Origin: Acetatifactor sp.
Lineage (GTDB): Bacteria > Bacillota > Clostridia > Lachnospirales > Lachnospiraceae
NCBI GenBank assembly: GCA_045540075.1
Contig: JAZQGM010000155.1
Location: 4,862-68,861 of the forward strand
DNA length: 64,000 bases
Direction: 5' to 3'
In this document: one piece after another, positions 40,571-50,923 of the stretch
Position numbering within the stretch: position 1 is the first letter of the stretch
Layout of the letters: each line of letters opens with the position of its first letter
Made by a program: the position numbers and the translations under genes
Notes under the pieces: model-generated
Databases searched by the model: none
Seen by the model: only the letters and a program-made list of their open reading frames with translations
Told to the model about the DNA's origin: nothing

Positions 40571-40992
40571 TTACACTCTCCGTAATCGATCGTAAAGCAA
40601 TACCACCTTCCCAGTCGACCGCTTTATCTTCTCCTTATATAGCAAGGTCCATGATGCCTGATTCTTGGTATAATCATGATTCGTCTCCGGGAAAAACGAA
40701 CGACAAAAATATGTATTATTCTCATCTTTTGAAAGAAAGATAAATACATTCTTGTCAACCAATCGATTTTTCATCAGATAATCAGCTTTTATCATTGAAA
40801 AAGAATTCTTCCTTTCATTGTACTTGAATATGGTATCATTGCTGTCAAATAAAACCTCCAGAAAAGGGAGCATATTTACCCTTTCCGCGATCTGCCCATT
40901 GAAATAGCCTCTCCTTTTCGTCCGAGTATTAAATGATACTCTGTATCCAACAATGAAGCAAATGAATCTACACAGTCATAAATATTATGCAT
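40571..40992 (-). pseudogene. PBECR4-like (RelE/barnase-superfamily nuclease) gene disrupted by an apparent internal deletion/frameshift
   Basis: ATG 40992 gives MHNIYDCV...EYHLILGRKG (stop after 38 aa); another frame gives ...ERVNMLPFLE..FDSN...IKADYL...CRSFF...DYTKNQ..WTLL. Family assignment from memory. Confidence 0.55.
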
Positions 40993-41014
40993 AACCCCAC
41001 CCTATCTTTATGGT

Positions 41015-41184
41015 TGAAAAAAGCTCTGCTTCCGCAGAGCTCTTCAGACATTTTCTTTCAGCTGCCAAAGCAGCTTAGCCGGATTGTGGTAAATATCAAA
41101 CCCTTATAAAGCTGACAAGGCACTGCCCTCCGGCACAACACCTTGCTTCAACGCTTTGACCGACACTCAAGTTGCCTGTCTTTA
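41015..41184 (-). ncRNA. Candidate ~165-nt structured RNA with its own promoter and terminator
   Basis: TTGACA-17-TAATAT (41218-41190); several helices; terminator AGCTCTGC-ggaa-GCAGAGCT-TTTTT. Confidence 0.55.
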
Positions 41185-41337
41185 GTATTATATTACAACA
41201 AGTAAAAAATTATGTCAATTGATTTTATTGTACTGAAAAATAAAATTTGTATAAACTAATCAGATTAACCTACATCACCTTTTCAAATACAAACATATTA
41301 TTGAAGAGTGTGAAAGAATGTTAAACACTTTTACACA

Positions 41338-41364
41338 CAAAAAATCCAGCATTTCTGCTGGATT
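41338..41364 (-). terminator. tRNA operon terminator
   Basis: AATCCAGCA...TGCTGGATT followed by a T-run on the minus strand. Confidence 0.75.
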
Positions 41365-41369
41365 CTTAC

Positions 41370-41453
41370 TGCTGGTGGCCGGACTTGAACCGGCACGGGG
41401 TTGCCCCCGAGGGATTTTAAGTCCCTTGCGTCTGCCTATTCCGCCACACCAGC
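41370..41453 (-). tRNA. tRNA-Leu(TAA)
   Basis: GCTGGTG acceptor stem, CT-TAA-AA anticodon loop, long variable arm, GGTTCAAGT T-loop. Confidence 0.95.
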
Positions 41454-41490
41454 TGACGCTATCTTGCACGCAACACGCAGTCACATGCAA

Positions 41491-41572
41491 TGGATGGAGG
41501 TGGATTCGAACCACCGAAGCAATTTGCAGCAGATTTACAGTCTGTCCCCTTTGGCCACTCGGGAATCCATCC
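41491..41572 (-). tRNA. tRNA-Tyr(GTA)
   Basis: GGATGGA acceptor stem, CT-GTA-AA anticodon loop, GGTTCGAAT T-loop. Confidence 0.95.
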
Positions 41573-41676
41573 ATACAGGACTTCGCTAAAAGTCCTGACC
41601 ATTTGAAATTGTAGCACATATTTACGCAAAAAGCAAGCAATTTCTTCAAAAAATCGAAAAATAGATTTAAATAAGA

Positions 41677-43791
41677 TTAAAGTGCTTCCTCTTCCCTTAC
41701 CGTTGTCACTATCGTGCCCGAAAATGGCGGCAAAGTCACATGAATTTTCCCTCCATGAACCGGGTATTCTTCACTCTCTAGTGTATAACCGGCCTGTGTG
41801 GTCTGGATCAGTCTGGTCATAACACTTTCTCGGGGAACCCCTGCTTCCCACACAGTCACGTCCTTGGTGATCTCGTGCTCACTATTGTTGATCAGCACCA
41901 CGCTTTGGCCTTTCTTGTGGAATCTGGCATAAGCCAGATAGTTATGATCGGCGTCGATATATTTGATGGAACCGGTGCGCAGCTCGTCATGTTCTCTGCG
42001 CAGGCGGATGATGTCTCTGTGGAATGCGATCATATCATGATCTTCGCGCCCCCATGGGTAGGCTCTGCGGTTATCCGGGTCGGTAAAGCCACACATGCCG
42101 GCTTCATCACCGTAGTAGATGGTGGGAGCTCCCACCCAAGTCATCTGCATGACCACGGCCTCGCGGAACACGCCTTTGTTGACGCCTTCGTTGGCTGCCT
42201 GGGGACCCAGTGTGTTGGTACGGCCCACTTTGTGGTTGGTTCTGGTCAGAAAGCGGGAGTGGTCATGGTTGGACAGCTGGTTCATGGCCACTTGCCAGCT
42301 GGGCATGCTGAAGCTGGCACTGTGGTGCTTCATGGCGCCCCAGAAGCTGTCTGCGTTGCCCAGAAGGTCGCCACGGTAATCGTCGCTGTGTTTTTCCATA
42401 CCGGTGAGGAACCAGGTGACCGGTTCCATGAAGGCATCATAGTTCATGACTGTGTCCCATTCATCGCCCTGGAGCCAGTCTTTGGTATTGCCGTAGTGCT
42501 CTGCAAGGACGATGGCATCGGGGTTGGCCTCTTTCACCGCTTTGCGAAATTCTTTCCAGAAGTAGTGATTGTACTGGGGACTGTGGCCCAGATCTGCGGC
42601 CACATCCAGCCGCCAACCATCGGCATTGTAGGGCGGGGAAACCCATTTCCTGCCGATCTTCATGACATAATCAAACAGTTGCTTGGACCCTTCGTAGTTT
42701 AGCTTTGGCAACGTATCATGTCCCCACCAGCCGTCGTAGGTGCTGTTATAGGGCCATTCGTGATCACGATGGAAAGAAAAGTAGTTGCGGTAGGGACTGT
42801 CGGCCGTCACATAAGCGCCCTTTTCATAGCCCGGTGCATTCTCATAGATTCGCTCTCTGTCCAACCATTTGTTAAAGGATCCACAGTGGTTAAACACCCC
42901 ATCCAGTATCACCCTCATGCCTCTTCGATGGGCTTCTTCCACCAGCCTGATGAACAGTTGGTTACTGGCTTCCAGATTGGCCTTGTTGGTCACCCTGTTC
43001 ATGTATTTAGTGGCAAAACGGTTTTCCCGCTGCCAGGGAGGAAGCAACTCACCCTGATCCTCCACGATTTTGCCCAAATGAGGGTCGATATAATCGTAGT
43101 CCTGACTGTCATATTTATGATTGGAGGGTGACACGAACAGGGGGTTAAAATAAATGACTTCCACGCCCAGTTCCTGCAGATAATCCATTTTGTCCATAAC
43201 ACCCTGCAGATCGCCGCCATAAAAGGTCCGCACGTCCATGGAAGCGGGATACTGGTTCCAGTCTCCGGCTTTCACCACCGGCTCGCCAATGTAACAGTAT
43301 TCGTTGCTCTCCACATCGTTGGAAGGATCGCCATTACAAAAGCGGTCCACATAAATCTGGTACATCACCGCACCCTTGGCCCAGTTTGGCGTCTTAAAGC
43401 CTGGGATAATGGCAAAATCATAATATTCATTGACTTCCTTCACCACACCACGGGTATCATAGAAAGCAGAAAATCTGCCGGTATCCACCACAAAATAGTA
43501 GCATACCTTTTCATTTTCCATCTGGTGCTCATGCTCATAATAATCAAATTCCTCGTCTGACTCCACCTTGTTCATCAGATGCTTCTGCCCTTTATGCACG
43601 AAAAAAACACGATCAACATTGTTCACCGATGTGCGGAAACGTATCCTCACCAGATCGTAGGGCGCCGGCTCAGCCGGTATGACATAATGCTCTGTTGTAT
43701 CTGTAAATAAACCTCTGCGATTCAGTACCGGACGCATGGAGGTAATATATTGCTGATTAAATTCTGTTCGTCTTAACTGCTCAAAGTCCAT
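41677..43791 (-). CDS. GH13 neopullulanase/cyclomaltodextrinase-like glycosidase
   Basis: DGVFNH, GWRLDVA, AEHY and NHD motifs; no signal peptide. Confidence 0.92.
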   Translation of the reverse strand: MDFEQLRRTEFNQQYITSMRPVLNRRGLFTDTTEHYVIPAEPAPYDLVRIRFRTSVNNVDRVFFVHKGQKHLMNKVESDEEFDYYEHEHQMENEKVCYYFVVDTGRFSAFYDTRGVVKEVNEYYDFAIIPGFKTPNWAKGAVMYQIYVDRFCNGDPSNDVESNEYCYIGEPVVKAGDWNQYPASMDVRTFYGGDLQGVMDKMDYLQELGVEVIYFNPLFVSPSNHKYDSQDYDYIDPHLGKIVEDQGELLPPWQRENRFATKYMNRVTNKANLEASNQLFIRLVEEAHRRGMRVILDGVFNHCGSFNKWLDRERIYENAPGYEKGAYVTADSPYRNYFSFHRDHEWPYNSTYDGWWGHDTLPKLNYEGSKQLFDYVMKIGRKWVSPPYNADGWRLDVAADLGHSPQYNHYFWKEFRKAVKEANPDAIVLAEHYGNTKDWLQGDEWDTVMNYDAFMEPVTWFLTGMEKHSDDYRGDLLGNADSFWGAMKHHSASFSMPSWQVAMNQLSNHDHSRFLTRTNHKVGRTNTLGPQAANEGVNKGVFREAVVMQMTWVGAPTIYYGDEAGMCGFTDPDNRRAYPWGREDHDMIAFHRDIIRLRREHDELRTGSIKYIDADHNYLAYARFHKKGQSVVLINNSEHEITKDVTVWEAGVPRESVMTRLIQTTQAGYTLESEEYPVHGGKIHVTLPPFSGTIVTTVREEEAL

Positions 43792-43888
43792 GTCTTTCGC
43801 TACCTTTCTGTCTACCACACCATTTTACCGAAAAGAGAGGAATACTGCAAGGGGTTTTGCAAAAAATAGTTTCCAATTTATGGCACCA

Positions 43889-44045
43889 TTTCATCCGGGT
43901 ATTTTCTTTGAGGGAGCGCCCGTTTATAAACAAGTCTTTCATACTTGTTCGCAAAAAGGAGCTGCGAAGCAACGAAGAGTCCCAAAGGGTGCGATTAGCA
44001 CAGCATAGCTGTGCGCGAATGGGCACGGCTGAACGTCACTAGAGC
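43889..44045 (+). repeat. Structured intergenic repeat, copy A (5'-truncated)
   Basis: TGAGGGAGCGCCC...GCTGCGAAGC...GCGAATGGGC..GGCTGAACGTCACT shared with copies B-D. Confidence 0.85.
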
Positions 44046-44057
44046 AAACAATAAATA

Positions 44058-44083
44058 AAAAAGACAGCTCGCGCTGTCTTTTT
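44058..44083 (-). terminator. Putative terminator downstream of ftsH
   Basis: AAAAGACAGC-tcgc-GCTGTCTTTT. Confidence 0.7.
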
Positions 44084-44281
44084 CAGAGAAGGTATTTCTT
44101 TCTTATGGGGTATAGCAAAAAACTATATAATGTATTGGGGGGGTTACGCATAATATAATATCATGCAGATCTCGTTTTTTCCAGTCTCATTTTTCACAAA
44201 CTTTACAAAATCAGCTTGCGTTTTTTGTCTATTTTCCACAAGAAAGTTTTGTGATTTTTTACCAAATTTACTGTCTATTTT

Positions 44282-46102
44282 TTAGCAGGATGCCTTTTTT
44301 TGAAAGAGAGCCTCGAATTCATCACGGCCGATCTTCTCTTTTTCAAGCAGAAGCTCTGCACATTTGTGGAGGACATCTTCGTTTTCCAGAATGATGGTCT
44401 TGGCCTTGGCGTAGCAATCGTCGATAATGGACTTGACCTCCTGATCGATCTGGGCTGCCACAGCCTCACTGTGGGACTTGGCGTGGGCCAGGTCGCGGCC
44501 GATGAATACGGCATCGTCGTCCTCGTCGTAGCAGATGACACCGATATTTTCGCTCATACCATAGCTACTTACCATTCTGCGGGCTACCTTGGTGGCTTTC
44601 TTGATGTCACTAGAAGCACCTGTGGTGATATCGCCAAAGATGATCTCCTCGGCAATGCGACCGCCTAAGGATACCATGATGTTCTGGAGCATTCTGCCCT
44701 TGGTCAGGAACATTTCATCCTTTTCAGGAAGGGGCATGGTGTAGCCTGCGGCACCGTTGCTGGTAGGAATAATGGATACGGTATATACGGGACCCTCATC
44801 AGGAAGCACATGGAACAGGATGGCGTGGCCGGCTTCGTGATAAGCGGTAATCTTCTTCTCTTTGTCGGTAATGATACGGCTCTTCTTTTCAGTACCGATT
44901 CCTACCTTTAGGAAAGCTTCCTTTACATCTTCCGGAGCAATGCAGGGTCTGCCCTGCTTGGCTGCCAGGATAGCGGATTCATTCATGAGATTTTCCAGAT
45001 CAGCACCGGTGAAGCCGGCTGTGGTCTGGGCGATCTGTTTTAAGTCCACATCGTCTCTTAAAGGTTTATTCTTGGCGTGTACCCGCAAAATTTCCTCTCT
45101 GCCGCCTACATCAGGGGCTCCTACCGCTACCTTACGGTCAAAACGACCGGGACGCAGGATGGCAGGATCCAGGATATCTACTCTGTTGGTGGCTGCCATG
45201 ACGATGATACCCTCGTTGACGCCGAAGCCATCCATCTCAACCAGCAGCTGGTTCAGGGTCTGCTCTCTCTCATCGTGGCCACCGCCCATACCGGTACCAC
45301 GGCGTCTTGCAACGGCATCGATCTCATCGATAAATACAATACAGGGTGCATGTTTCTTGGCATCCTCGAACAAATCTCTCACACGGGATGCACCCACACC
45401 TACAAACATTTCCACAAAATCCGAACCGGAGATACTAAAGAACGGCACACCAGCCTCACCTGCCACCGCCTTGGCAAGCAATGTCTTACCGGTTCCGGGA
45501 GGGCCGTCTAACAGCACACCCTTAGGGATACGGGCACCCAGCTTCGTAAACTTGCCGGGATCCTTCAGAAAATCTACAATCTCCTGAAGCTCTTCTTTTT
45601 CTTCTTTCAAGCCTGCTACCAGAGAGAAATTAGTCTTGTTGTCACCTGCAAACAATCTGGCACGACTCTTACCGAAGTTCATCATCTTGCCGTTGGCACC
45701 GCCGGAGGCATGCTGGGCACTGATCATCATAAACAGGAAAAATCCTACGATCAACACGATCAGCATGGGAAATAATGTACTGAGACCAAACCTGTCTCTG
45801 GGCACATCCTTGATCTGCGGATCAAAGCCATATTGCCGTACCATTTTCTCAGCTTCTGCCACATCTGTCACATACAGCTTCTTATCCCCTGTTCTACGGT
45901 TGACTTCCAGATAACCGGTAGGGGTCTCCGCATTGGGCTGTATGGTCACATCCAGCACAAGTCCGTCTTCTACGTCTGCAATAAATTCTTCTCTCGTATA
46001 ATTCTCTGCGGGATCTTTCATGAAAGTCAGGATCATGATCAATCCAAACAACAACAGCCCTATCATGGGAAAAGGGCTTACACCTTTTTTATTCTGTTTC
46101 AA
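44282..46102 (-). CDS. ftsH: ATP-dependent zinc metalloprotease FtsH
   Basis: Two TMs, [20 protein letters not shown] and HEAGH. Confidence 0.97.
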   Translation of the reverse strand: MKQNKKGVSPFPMIGLLLFGLIMILTFMKDPAENYTREEFIADVEDGLVLDVTIQPNAETPTGYLEVNRRTGDKKLYVTDVAEAEKMVRQYGFDPQIKDVPRDRFGLSTLFPMLIVLIVGFFLFMMISAQHASGGANGKMMNFGKSRARLFAGDNKTNFSLVAGLKEEKEELQEIVDFLKDPGKFTKLGARIPKGVLLDGPPGTGKTLLAKAVAGEAGVPFFSISGSDFVEMFVGVGASRVRDLFEDAKKHAPCIVFIDEIDAVARRRGTGMGGGHDEREQTLNQLLVEMDGFGVNEGIIVMAATNRVDILDPAILRPGRFDRKVAVGAPDVGGREEILRVHAKNKPLRDDVDLKQIAQTTAGFTGADLENLMNESAILAAKQGRPCIAPEDVKEAFLKVGIGTEKKSRIITDKEKKITAYHEAGHAILFHVLPDEGPVYTVSIIPTSNGAAGYTMPLPEKDEMFLTKGRMLQNIMVSLGGRIAEEIIFGDITTGASSDIKKATKVARRMVSSYGMSENIGVICYDEDDDAVFIGRDLAHAKSHSEAVAAQIDQEVKSIIDDCYAKAKTIILENEDVLHKCAELLLEKEKIGRDEFEALFQKKASC

Positions 46103-46116
46103 AACAAAGCCTCCTG

Positions 46117-46641
46117 TCAGTCAAATTCCACGATTCCGATATAAGGAAGGTTGCGGTATTTCTGGTCATAATCCAGACCATAACCCACCACAAACTCATC
46201 AGGAATGGCAAAACCTGTATAGTCCACATTTACATCCACCACACGTCTCTCCGGCTTATCCAGCAGGGTACACAGACGCAAAGAACGGGGTCCTTTGTCA
46301 CGCAGCATCTCCATCAGATAGCTTAATGTTCTGCCGGAATCCACGATATCCTCCACTACCACCACATCCTTATCTTTGATGGAATCGTCCAGATCCTTTA
46401 CGATTTTCACCACACCGCTTGATTTGGTGTCGCTGCCGTAGCTGGATACGGACATAAAATCAAGGGACACCGGCACTGTGATCCTCTTAGCCAGCTCGCA
46501 CATAAAGAAGCTGCCACCCTTGAGTACACACACCAAATGCACCTGTTTGCCTTCATAATCCTTGCTGATCTGCTCTCCAATCTCCTGGATTCTTCTGTCG
46601 ACCTCTTCCTCAGTCAACAGTACCTTCACATGTTCTGCCAT
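46117..46641 (-). CDS. hpt: Hypoxanthine phosphoribosyltransferase
   Basis: VLKG, VEDIVDSGRT and VGYGLD; synteny. Confidence 0.96.
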   Translation of the reverse strand: MAEHVKVLLTEEEVDRRIQEIGEQISKDYEGKQVHLVCVLKGGSFFMCELAKRITVPVSLDFMSVSSYGSDTKSSGVVKIVKDLDDSIKDKDVVVVEDIVDSGRTLSYLMEMLRDKGPRSLRLCTLLDKPERRVVDVNVDYTGFAIPDEFVVGYGLDYDQKYRNLPYIGIVEFD

Positions 46642-48187
46642 TGTCTTCCTCCATTTCACTGCAATCGCAGTCTCTTCTTAATTGTACCTGTAAAATACGT
46701 TTTGTATTCTTACTAATTTTATAATATTCACTAATCCGATATCCTACCAGCCAGAGTACGTGATGATCCTGTGCGATCAGCGGTATCTCGTCCCTGTCCT
46801 GCCTGGGAATCTTCTCAGTCACCATATAATCCTTCACGGATTTATGGATTTGTTCACCATTTGCTGCCCGGATGGTGAGAAAATCTCCTGTTTGTCTCGT
46901 TCTCACCGTCAGCAGTCCTTCTATTTTATCATAATCAAACCATTTCGTATACCTGTTTTGTGGAATATCTTTAAAATTTTTGGAAGAAAATACCTGAAGA
47001 TGCAGGGTTCCCATACCTGCTGCCGGAATTTGTACCTCATTTGGCAACAATTCTTCCGGATCAAGAGCATAGTTGGTCGATTCTTCCGCTTGTGAGCAGT
47101 CCGACGGGACTTCCATAGACTTGTTGCGCTCTTGTGTCTTAGGATGTTCTTGTCTTAGAGGCTGCTCTTGTATCTCCAGCCACACCCGGTCATACTGCCT
47201 CCAGGCTCTGATTCCGTAAGGCAGGCAAATGCTGCGGTTACCCTCCCTCGCAAACAATTTTTCCACATCCTGCACATGCACATAGGAGATATCCCTGCCG
47301 CCGGGACTTAAGCTGCCCAACACACGGTAGATCAGGCGTCTGCCGATAATCGGGTCAAGCTTACGGTATGCCGCACAATCTATATAAAAAGTATCCACAG
47401 AATGGTCGAAAGCCCACCCAGGTGACTGTACTACCTTCTGCACCGTCTCCTCCCAGGCCTTCATGGTTATCCGCTCCAAGAATTCCTCCGTCTCCAGAAG
47501 CATATCCGCCGTCTGTGCCATATGCCCCACACATCCTTGCACAATCTCCTTTTCCGCATAAGGCAGGATATGATGGCGGATCCGATTCCTGGTATAATCA
47601 TCTCCCGCATTGGTAGCATCCTGGCAATACCGGATGCCCTTCTCCTCCAGATACGCCTCGATCTCCCTGCGCTCCAGGCATAGAATAGGCCGGATAATGT
47701 GGTCCCTCACTGGCCGAATGCCACACAGCCCTGACAATCCACTACCCCGGAATAGATGAAACAGCATGGTTTCCGCCAGATCATTACTGTTATGGGCCAC
47801 TGCAATTCTTTGGGCCCCTGTCTGCTTCAGAACCTCCTCAAAGGCTTCATACCGTACAAGACGCCCCATTTCTTCCTCTGAGCGCTTCTGTTCCTTAGCC
47901 AGTCGTCTCACATCTTTTTCCACAAGGGTAAAAGGAATTCCGTGACTTATGCACAGTTCTTCCACGAAAGCTGCATCGTCTGATGCTTCAGGGCGGATTC
48001 CGTGATTCACATGAGCCACGTGCAGACTGAAAGGAATCTCTTCCATCCACGCAAGCAACACAAATAAGAGGCAAACGGAGTCTGCCCCTCCTGAAACACC
48101 TACTACCACCCTGTCGCCGGGTGCGATCATTAAGTGCTTGTCTATAAATGTTTTCACTTTCTGTTCTATAGTATCTACATGTCTCAT
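46610..48187 (-). CDS. tilS: tRNA(Ile)-lysidine synthetase
   Basis: SGGADS, HVNHGIR, AHNSND and RNRIRH motifs. Confidence 0.96.
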   Translation of the reverse strand: MRHVDTIEQKVKTFIDKHLMIAPGDRVVVGVSGGADSVCLLFVLLAWMEEIPFSLHVAHVNHGIRPEASDDAAFVEELCISHGIPFTLVEKDVRRLAKEQKRSEEEMGRLVRYEAFEEVLKQTGAQRIAVAHNSNDLAETMLFHLFRGSGLSGLCGIRPVRDHIIRPILCLERREIEAYLEEKGIRYCQDATNAGDDYTRNRIRHHILPYAEKEIVQGCVGHMAQTADMLLETEEFLERITMKAWEETVQKVVQSPGWAFDHSVDTFYIDCAAYRKLDPIIGRRLIYRVLGSLSPGGRDISYVHVQDVEKLFAREGNRSICLPYGIRAWRQYDRVWLEIQEQPLRQEHPKTQERNKSMEVPSDCSQAEESTNYALDPEELLPNEVQIPAAGMGTLHLQVFSSKNFKDIPQNRYTKWFDYDKIEGLLTVRTRQTGDFLTIRAANGEQIHKSVKDYMVTEKIPRQDRDEIPLIAQDHHVLWLVGYRISEYYKISKNTKRILQVQLRRDCDCSEMEEDNGRTCEGTVD

Positions 48188-48231
48188 ATTATTTACTATA
48201 GCTGTTTATTGGTAGAAAATCAAGTATTTTT

Positions 48232-48364
48232 GTAACTATTCCGAACCTTATTCCGCGAGGTGTTTTACAAAGCAAAATCCCGAGTAAGCGTTGCGCCAAC
48301 TGATGCGTAAGCAGCTGTTGCGTGCATCAACGTGACTGTGAAGAACAAAGTTCTGAACAGTTAT
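48232..48364. mobile_element. MITE-like ~130-bp element with imperfect terminal inverted repeats
   Basis: GTAACTATTCCGAACCTT versus the reverse complement of the right end, ATAACTGTTCAGAACTTT (14/18); GC-richer palindromic interior. Confidence 0.45.
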
Positions 48365-49545
48365 GTATTTTCCCAAATTCCCAATACAATTACTGTCATA
48401 TCATCCTGAATCCGTCCTCCGCTTAAGTGTAAAACAAACTGCAGGATACGTCTGGCGATCTCTTTAGGGTTCTGTTCCTTCACCGATTCAATGATCTGCC
48501 GCATGGTCTCCTCATACCGGTTTTGCCCCAAAGCATCCAGCACACCGTCAGTCATCATAACAATATAATCCCCATCCTGCACCTTTCCCCTGATCACTTC
48601 AGGAGATTCTATGGGAAAAATACCCATGGGCAGACTGGGACTCTCAATCTGTTCTACCGTGTGCTCTCTTTTCAAAAAAGAGGCAGCCCCGCCTATCTTG
48701 TAAAAAGAGCATGTACCATCATATAAATCCAAGTCGCACAGATCCAGCGTGGACATGTTTTGCTTGTCCGGTCTGGATAGCAGGGCATTGTTAATTAGTT
48801 TTAAAGACCCCTCCAGGGAATATCCTGTCTCGATCAACTTTTCCATCAGATCCAGGATCCATGTACTGTCTCTGGAAGCCTTCTCCCCCGATCCCATACC
48901 ATCCGACAGAAGCACGGTCAATTTCCCTTTTTCCGATTCAATAATAGAATAATTATCCCCTGATATGGTCTCTTCCTCTTTCACCGCTTTGGCTACGCCG
49001 GATAATACCACATATGCGGACTCCTCTACGAACACAAAGCTGCGGGTTTCCTCGTCAATCTGATATGGACTGGCTACCGACACTTCCAGTCTCTTATTCA
49101 GCAACACCGACAACATGTCTGCTGCCTGTTCACTGCTACAACCGTGGTCTCTTCTGGTGTACATGGACATACCGATGGCAGTCCGTTCCCCGGGCCGCTC
49201 TATGTAATATATATCTGTGACTATGATTCCCTCCTGCCTCATTCCATGGATAACCGTCCGCCTAATTTTTTCTTCTAAGGGCCTTAGCCGGAACACCTCC
49301 GAAGCCACCTTGTCCATAATTCGGGCCATCTCTTTCAGATTGCCACATAACAACTGCTGACTGTCCCAGAAATGCCTGGCCTCCAGCACAGACTCCCTGT
49401 TCTCCTCATCCTCTGTTATAGCAAAACTGCCATCCATAGTCCTGGCCAACTCTCTGAAAGAGTCTGCATAGGTCAGAAGCCTTCTTCTGCCATATTCTGT
49501 TACTTCCAGCAATCTGGAGTCCTCTGTTTGCAACTTTGTCTTCAC
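48361..49545 (-). CDS. spoIIE: SpoIIE-like PP2C phosphatase (short form, no N-terminal TM domain)
   Basis: SGD, SDGMGSG, STLD, TDG and DDMT motifs; located between divIC and tilS. Confidence 0.8.
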   Translation of the reverse strand: MKTKLQTEDSRLLEVTEYGRRRLLTYADSFRELARTMDGSFAITEDEENRESVLEARHFWDSQQLLCGNLKEMARIMDKVASEVFRLRPLEEKIRRTVIHGMRQEGIIVTDIYYIERPGERTAIGMSMYTRRDHGCSSEQAADMLSVLLNKRLEVSVASPYQIDEETRSFVFVEESAYVVLSGVAKAVKEEETISGDNYSIIESEKGKLTVLLSDGMGSGEKASRDSTWILDLMEKLIETGYSLEGSLKLINNALLSRPDKQNMSTLDLCDLDLYDGTCSFYKIGGAASFLKREHTVEQIESPSLPMGIFPIESPEVIRGKVQDGDYIVMMTDGVLDALGQNRYEETMRQIIESVKEQNPKEIARRILQFVLHLSGGRIQDDMTVIVLGIWENT

Positions 49546-49701
49546 TCGCTACCTCATTTCTGCCACTGCCTTAAGCCAAACAGCGCCCTTTTTAAAGGTA
49601 GTATATCTCTATCAGCATTTCTTTTTTGTCAAAACATGGCGGGGTTTTCAATATTTTATGCGACAAAAAAAGCAGACATGATTTCTCACATCTGCCCACA
49701 T

Positions 49702-50010
49702 TCATTCTTCCTGTTTAAAAATAATCTCATCTTCATACACCAGCCCCAGCTTCTCCTTGGCCACTTCCTCTGCGTACTTCTTAGTCTGTGTGTATTTGCG
49801 GAACTCCTGAATCTCCTGCTGCCGCTGTTCTTCATCGGCAATCTTTTCTTCCAGTTGCTCCTGCTTTACTGTATAGGTATCCAGCTTCCTCTGCAATTCC
49901 ATACTTCTGACCCATACCGCTACCAATATCATCACCACTACTATGGATACCAGAAACATACTGAATCTGTTCTGACGCCTCTTGCGATATGCTATCTTCC
50001 TTCTTGCCAT
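49702..50010 (-). CDS. divIC: Septum formation initiator DivIC/FtsB
   Basis: TM, coiled coil and EEVAKEKLGLV..DEIIF. Confidence 0.88.
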   Translation of the reverse strand: MARRKIAYRKRRQNRFSMFLVSIVVVMILVAVWVRSMELQRKLDTYTVKQEQLEEKIADEEQRQQEIQEFRKYTQTKKYAEEVAKEKLGLVYEDEIIFKQEE

Positions 50011-50041
50011 TGTGCAAGTCCCCTTCCGAATAACGACGCTA

Positions 50042-50530
50042 CTATTTCTTACATAATACCATTGTAAGCACTTTTTTAACAGCCGTCAACCTCTTTTTCG
50101 TAAAATTAAAAATTGTTTTATTGCCACGGGCTGCGGTGTAAGCTGCTTTACCTGCTGTGCGTTTTGCTGCACCTGCTGCCAATGTTACAGGTTTGAATAC
50201 AAACCTCAGTACTTTGCCGATCATTTTTAATAACTTGCCAAGCAGCAGTGATATGTACTTTACCAAAAATTTGCTGAGCGTCTTGGTGTAAAGAAACATT
50301 CCCAGTAATGCCCCCAGCACAGCAAACCACCTGAGTGTGCCGTTACTCACATGGTACATCAACAAGAAAACTTCTACCGCGCTAAATCCCCAGAACGCCA
50401 GATCTTCCACGGATATCCAGAAGATATTATGTGGGATCACCCGGCGCAGGATACGCAGCAGATCATATACGAATGTAATGAAGATGCCCATCAAAAGTGC
50501 ATACATCATAAACAGCGTTTCTTCCGCCAT
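50042..50530 (-). CDS. yabQ: Spore cortex protein YabQ
   Basis: YDLLR...EDLAFW...NGTLR; synteny. Confidence 0.88.
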   Translation of the reverse strand: MAEETLFMMYALLMGIFITFVYDLLRILRRVIPHNIFWISVEDLAFWGFSAVEVFLLMYHVSNGTLRWFAVLGALLGMFLYTKTLSKFLVKYISLLLGKLLKMIGKVLRFVFKPVTLAAGAAKRTAGKAAYTAARGNKTIFNFTKKRLTAVKKVLTMVLCKK

Positions 50531-50560
50531 ACAGCCTCCCCGCGCTACTCACATTAGCTT

Positions 50561-50851
50561 TTAGCGGAATAGTCTGGATAGCAGAGATTCGCTCTTACCG
50601 GCGCTTGCAGCCACGTCTGAATAGGTGAAGCTGTCTATCTTACCATCAATGTCAACCTCTCCCTTATCCAGCGTCAGACGGTTTACATGCAGATCATCCC
50701 CCTTGATCATCAGCATTCCCTGCTCCGTTTCCAGGAGAATCTCATGTATATCAAAAGAAAGCACGTCATTTACTCCATTGATGGTACATGTCCTTCGATT
50801 GAGCATCGTCATCTTGTGCATCCGTGCTCCTGTGTTGTTTAAATCCTCCAT
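50561..50851 (-). CDS. yabP: Sporulation protein YabP
   Basis: GVNDVLSFD..ILLET.QG.L.IKG. Confidence 0.92.
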   Translation of the reverse strand: MEDLNNTGARMHKMTMLNRRTCTINGVNDVLSFDIHEILLETEQGMLMIKGDDLHVNRLTLDKGEVDIDGKIDSFTYSDVAASAGKSESLLSRLFR

Positions 50852-50923
50852 AAGGCCCTCCTTTTTACCGCTTTGTCTCTGTTCAATATATGAGCGGTGA
50901 GAGGAAAATATGACCGGATTCAT

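Noticed and set aside
41275-41649. 124-aa ORF
   Set aside because: Overlaps two clear tRNA genes.
48361-49545. Short spoIIE as a pseudogene
   Set aside because: It has an RBS, an intact frame, complete PP2C motifs and no upstream TM remnant; more likely a lineage-specific short form.
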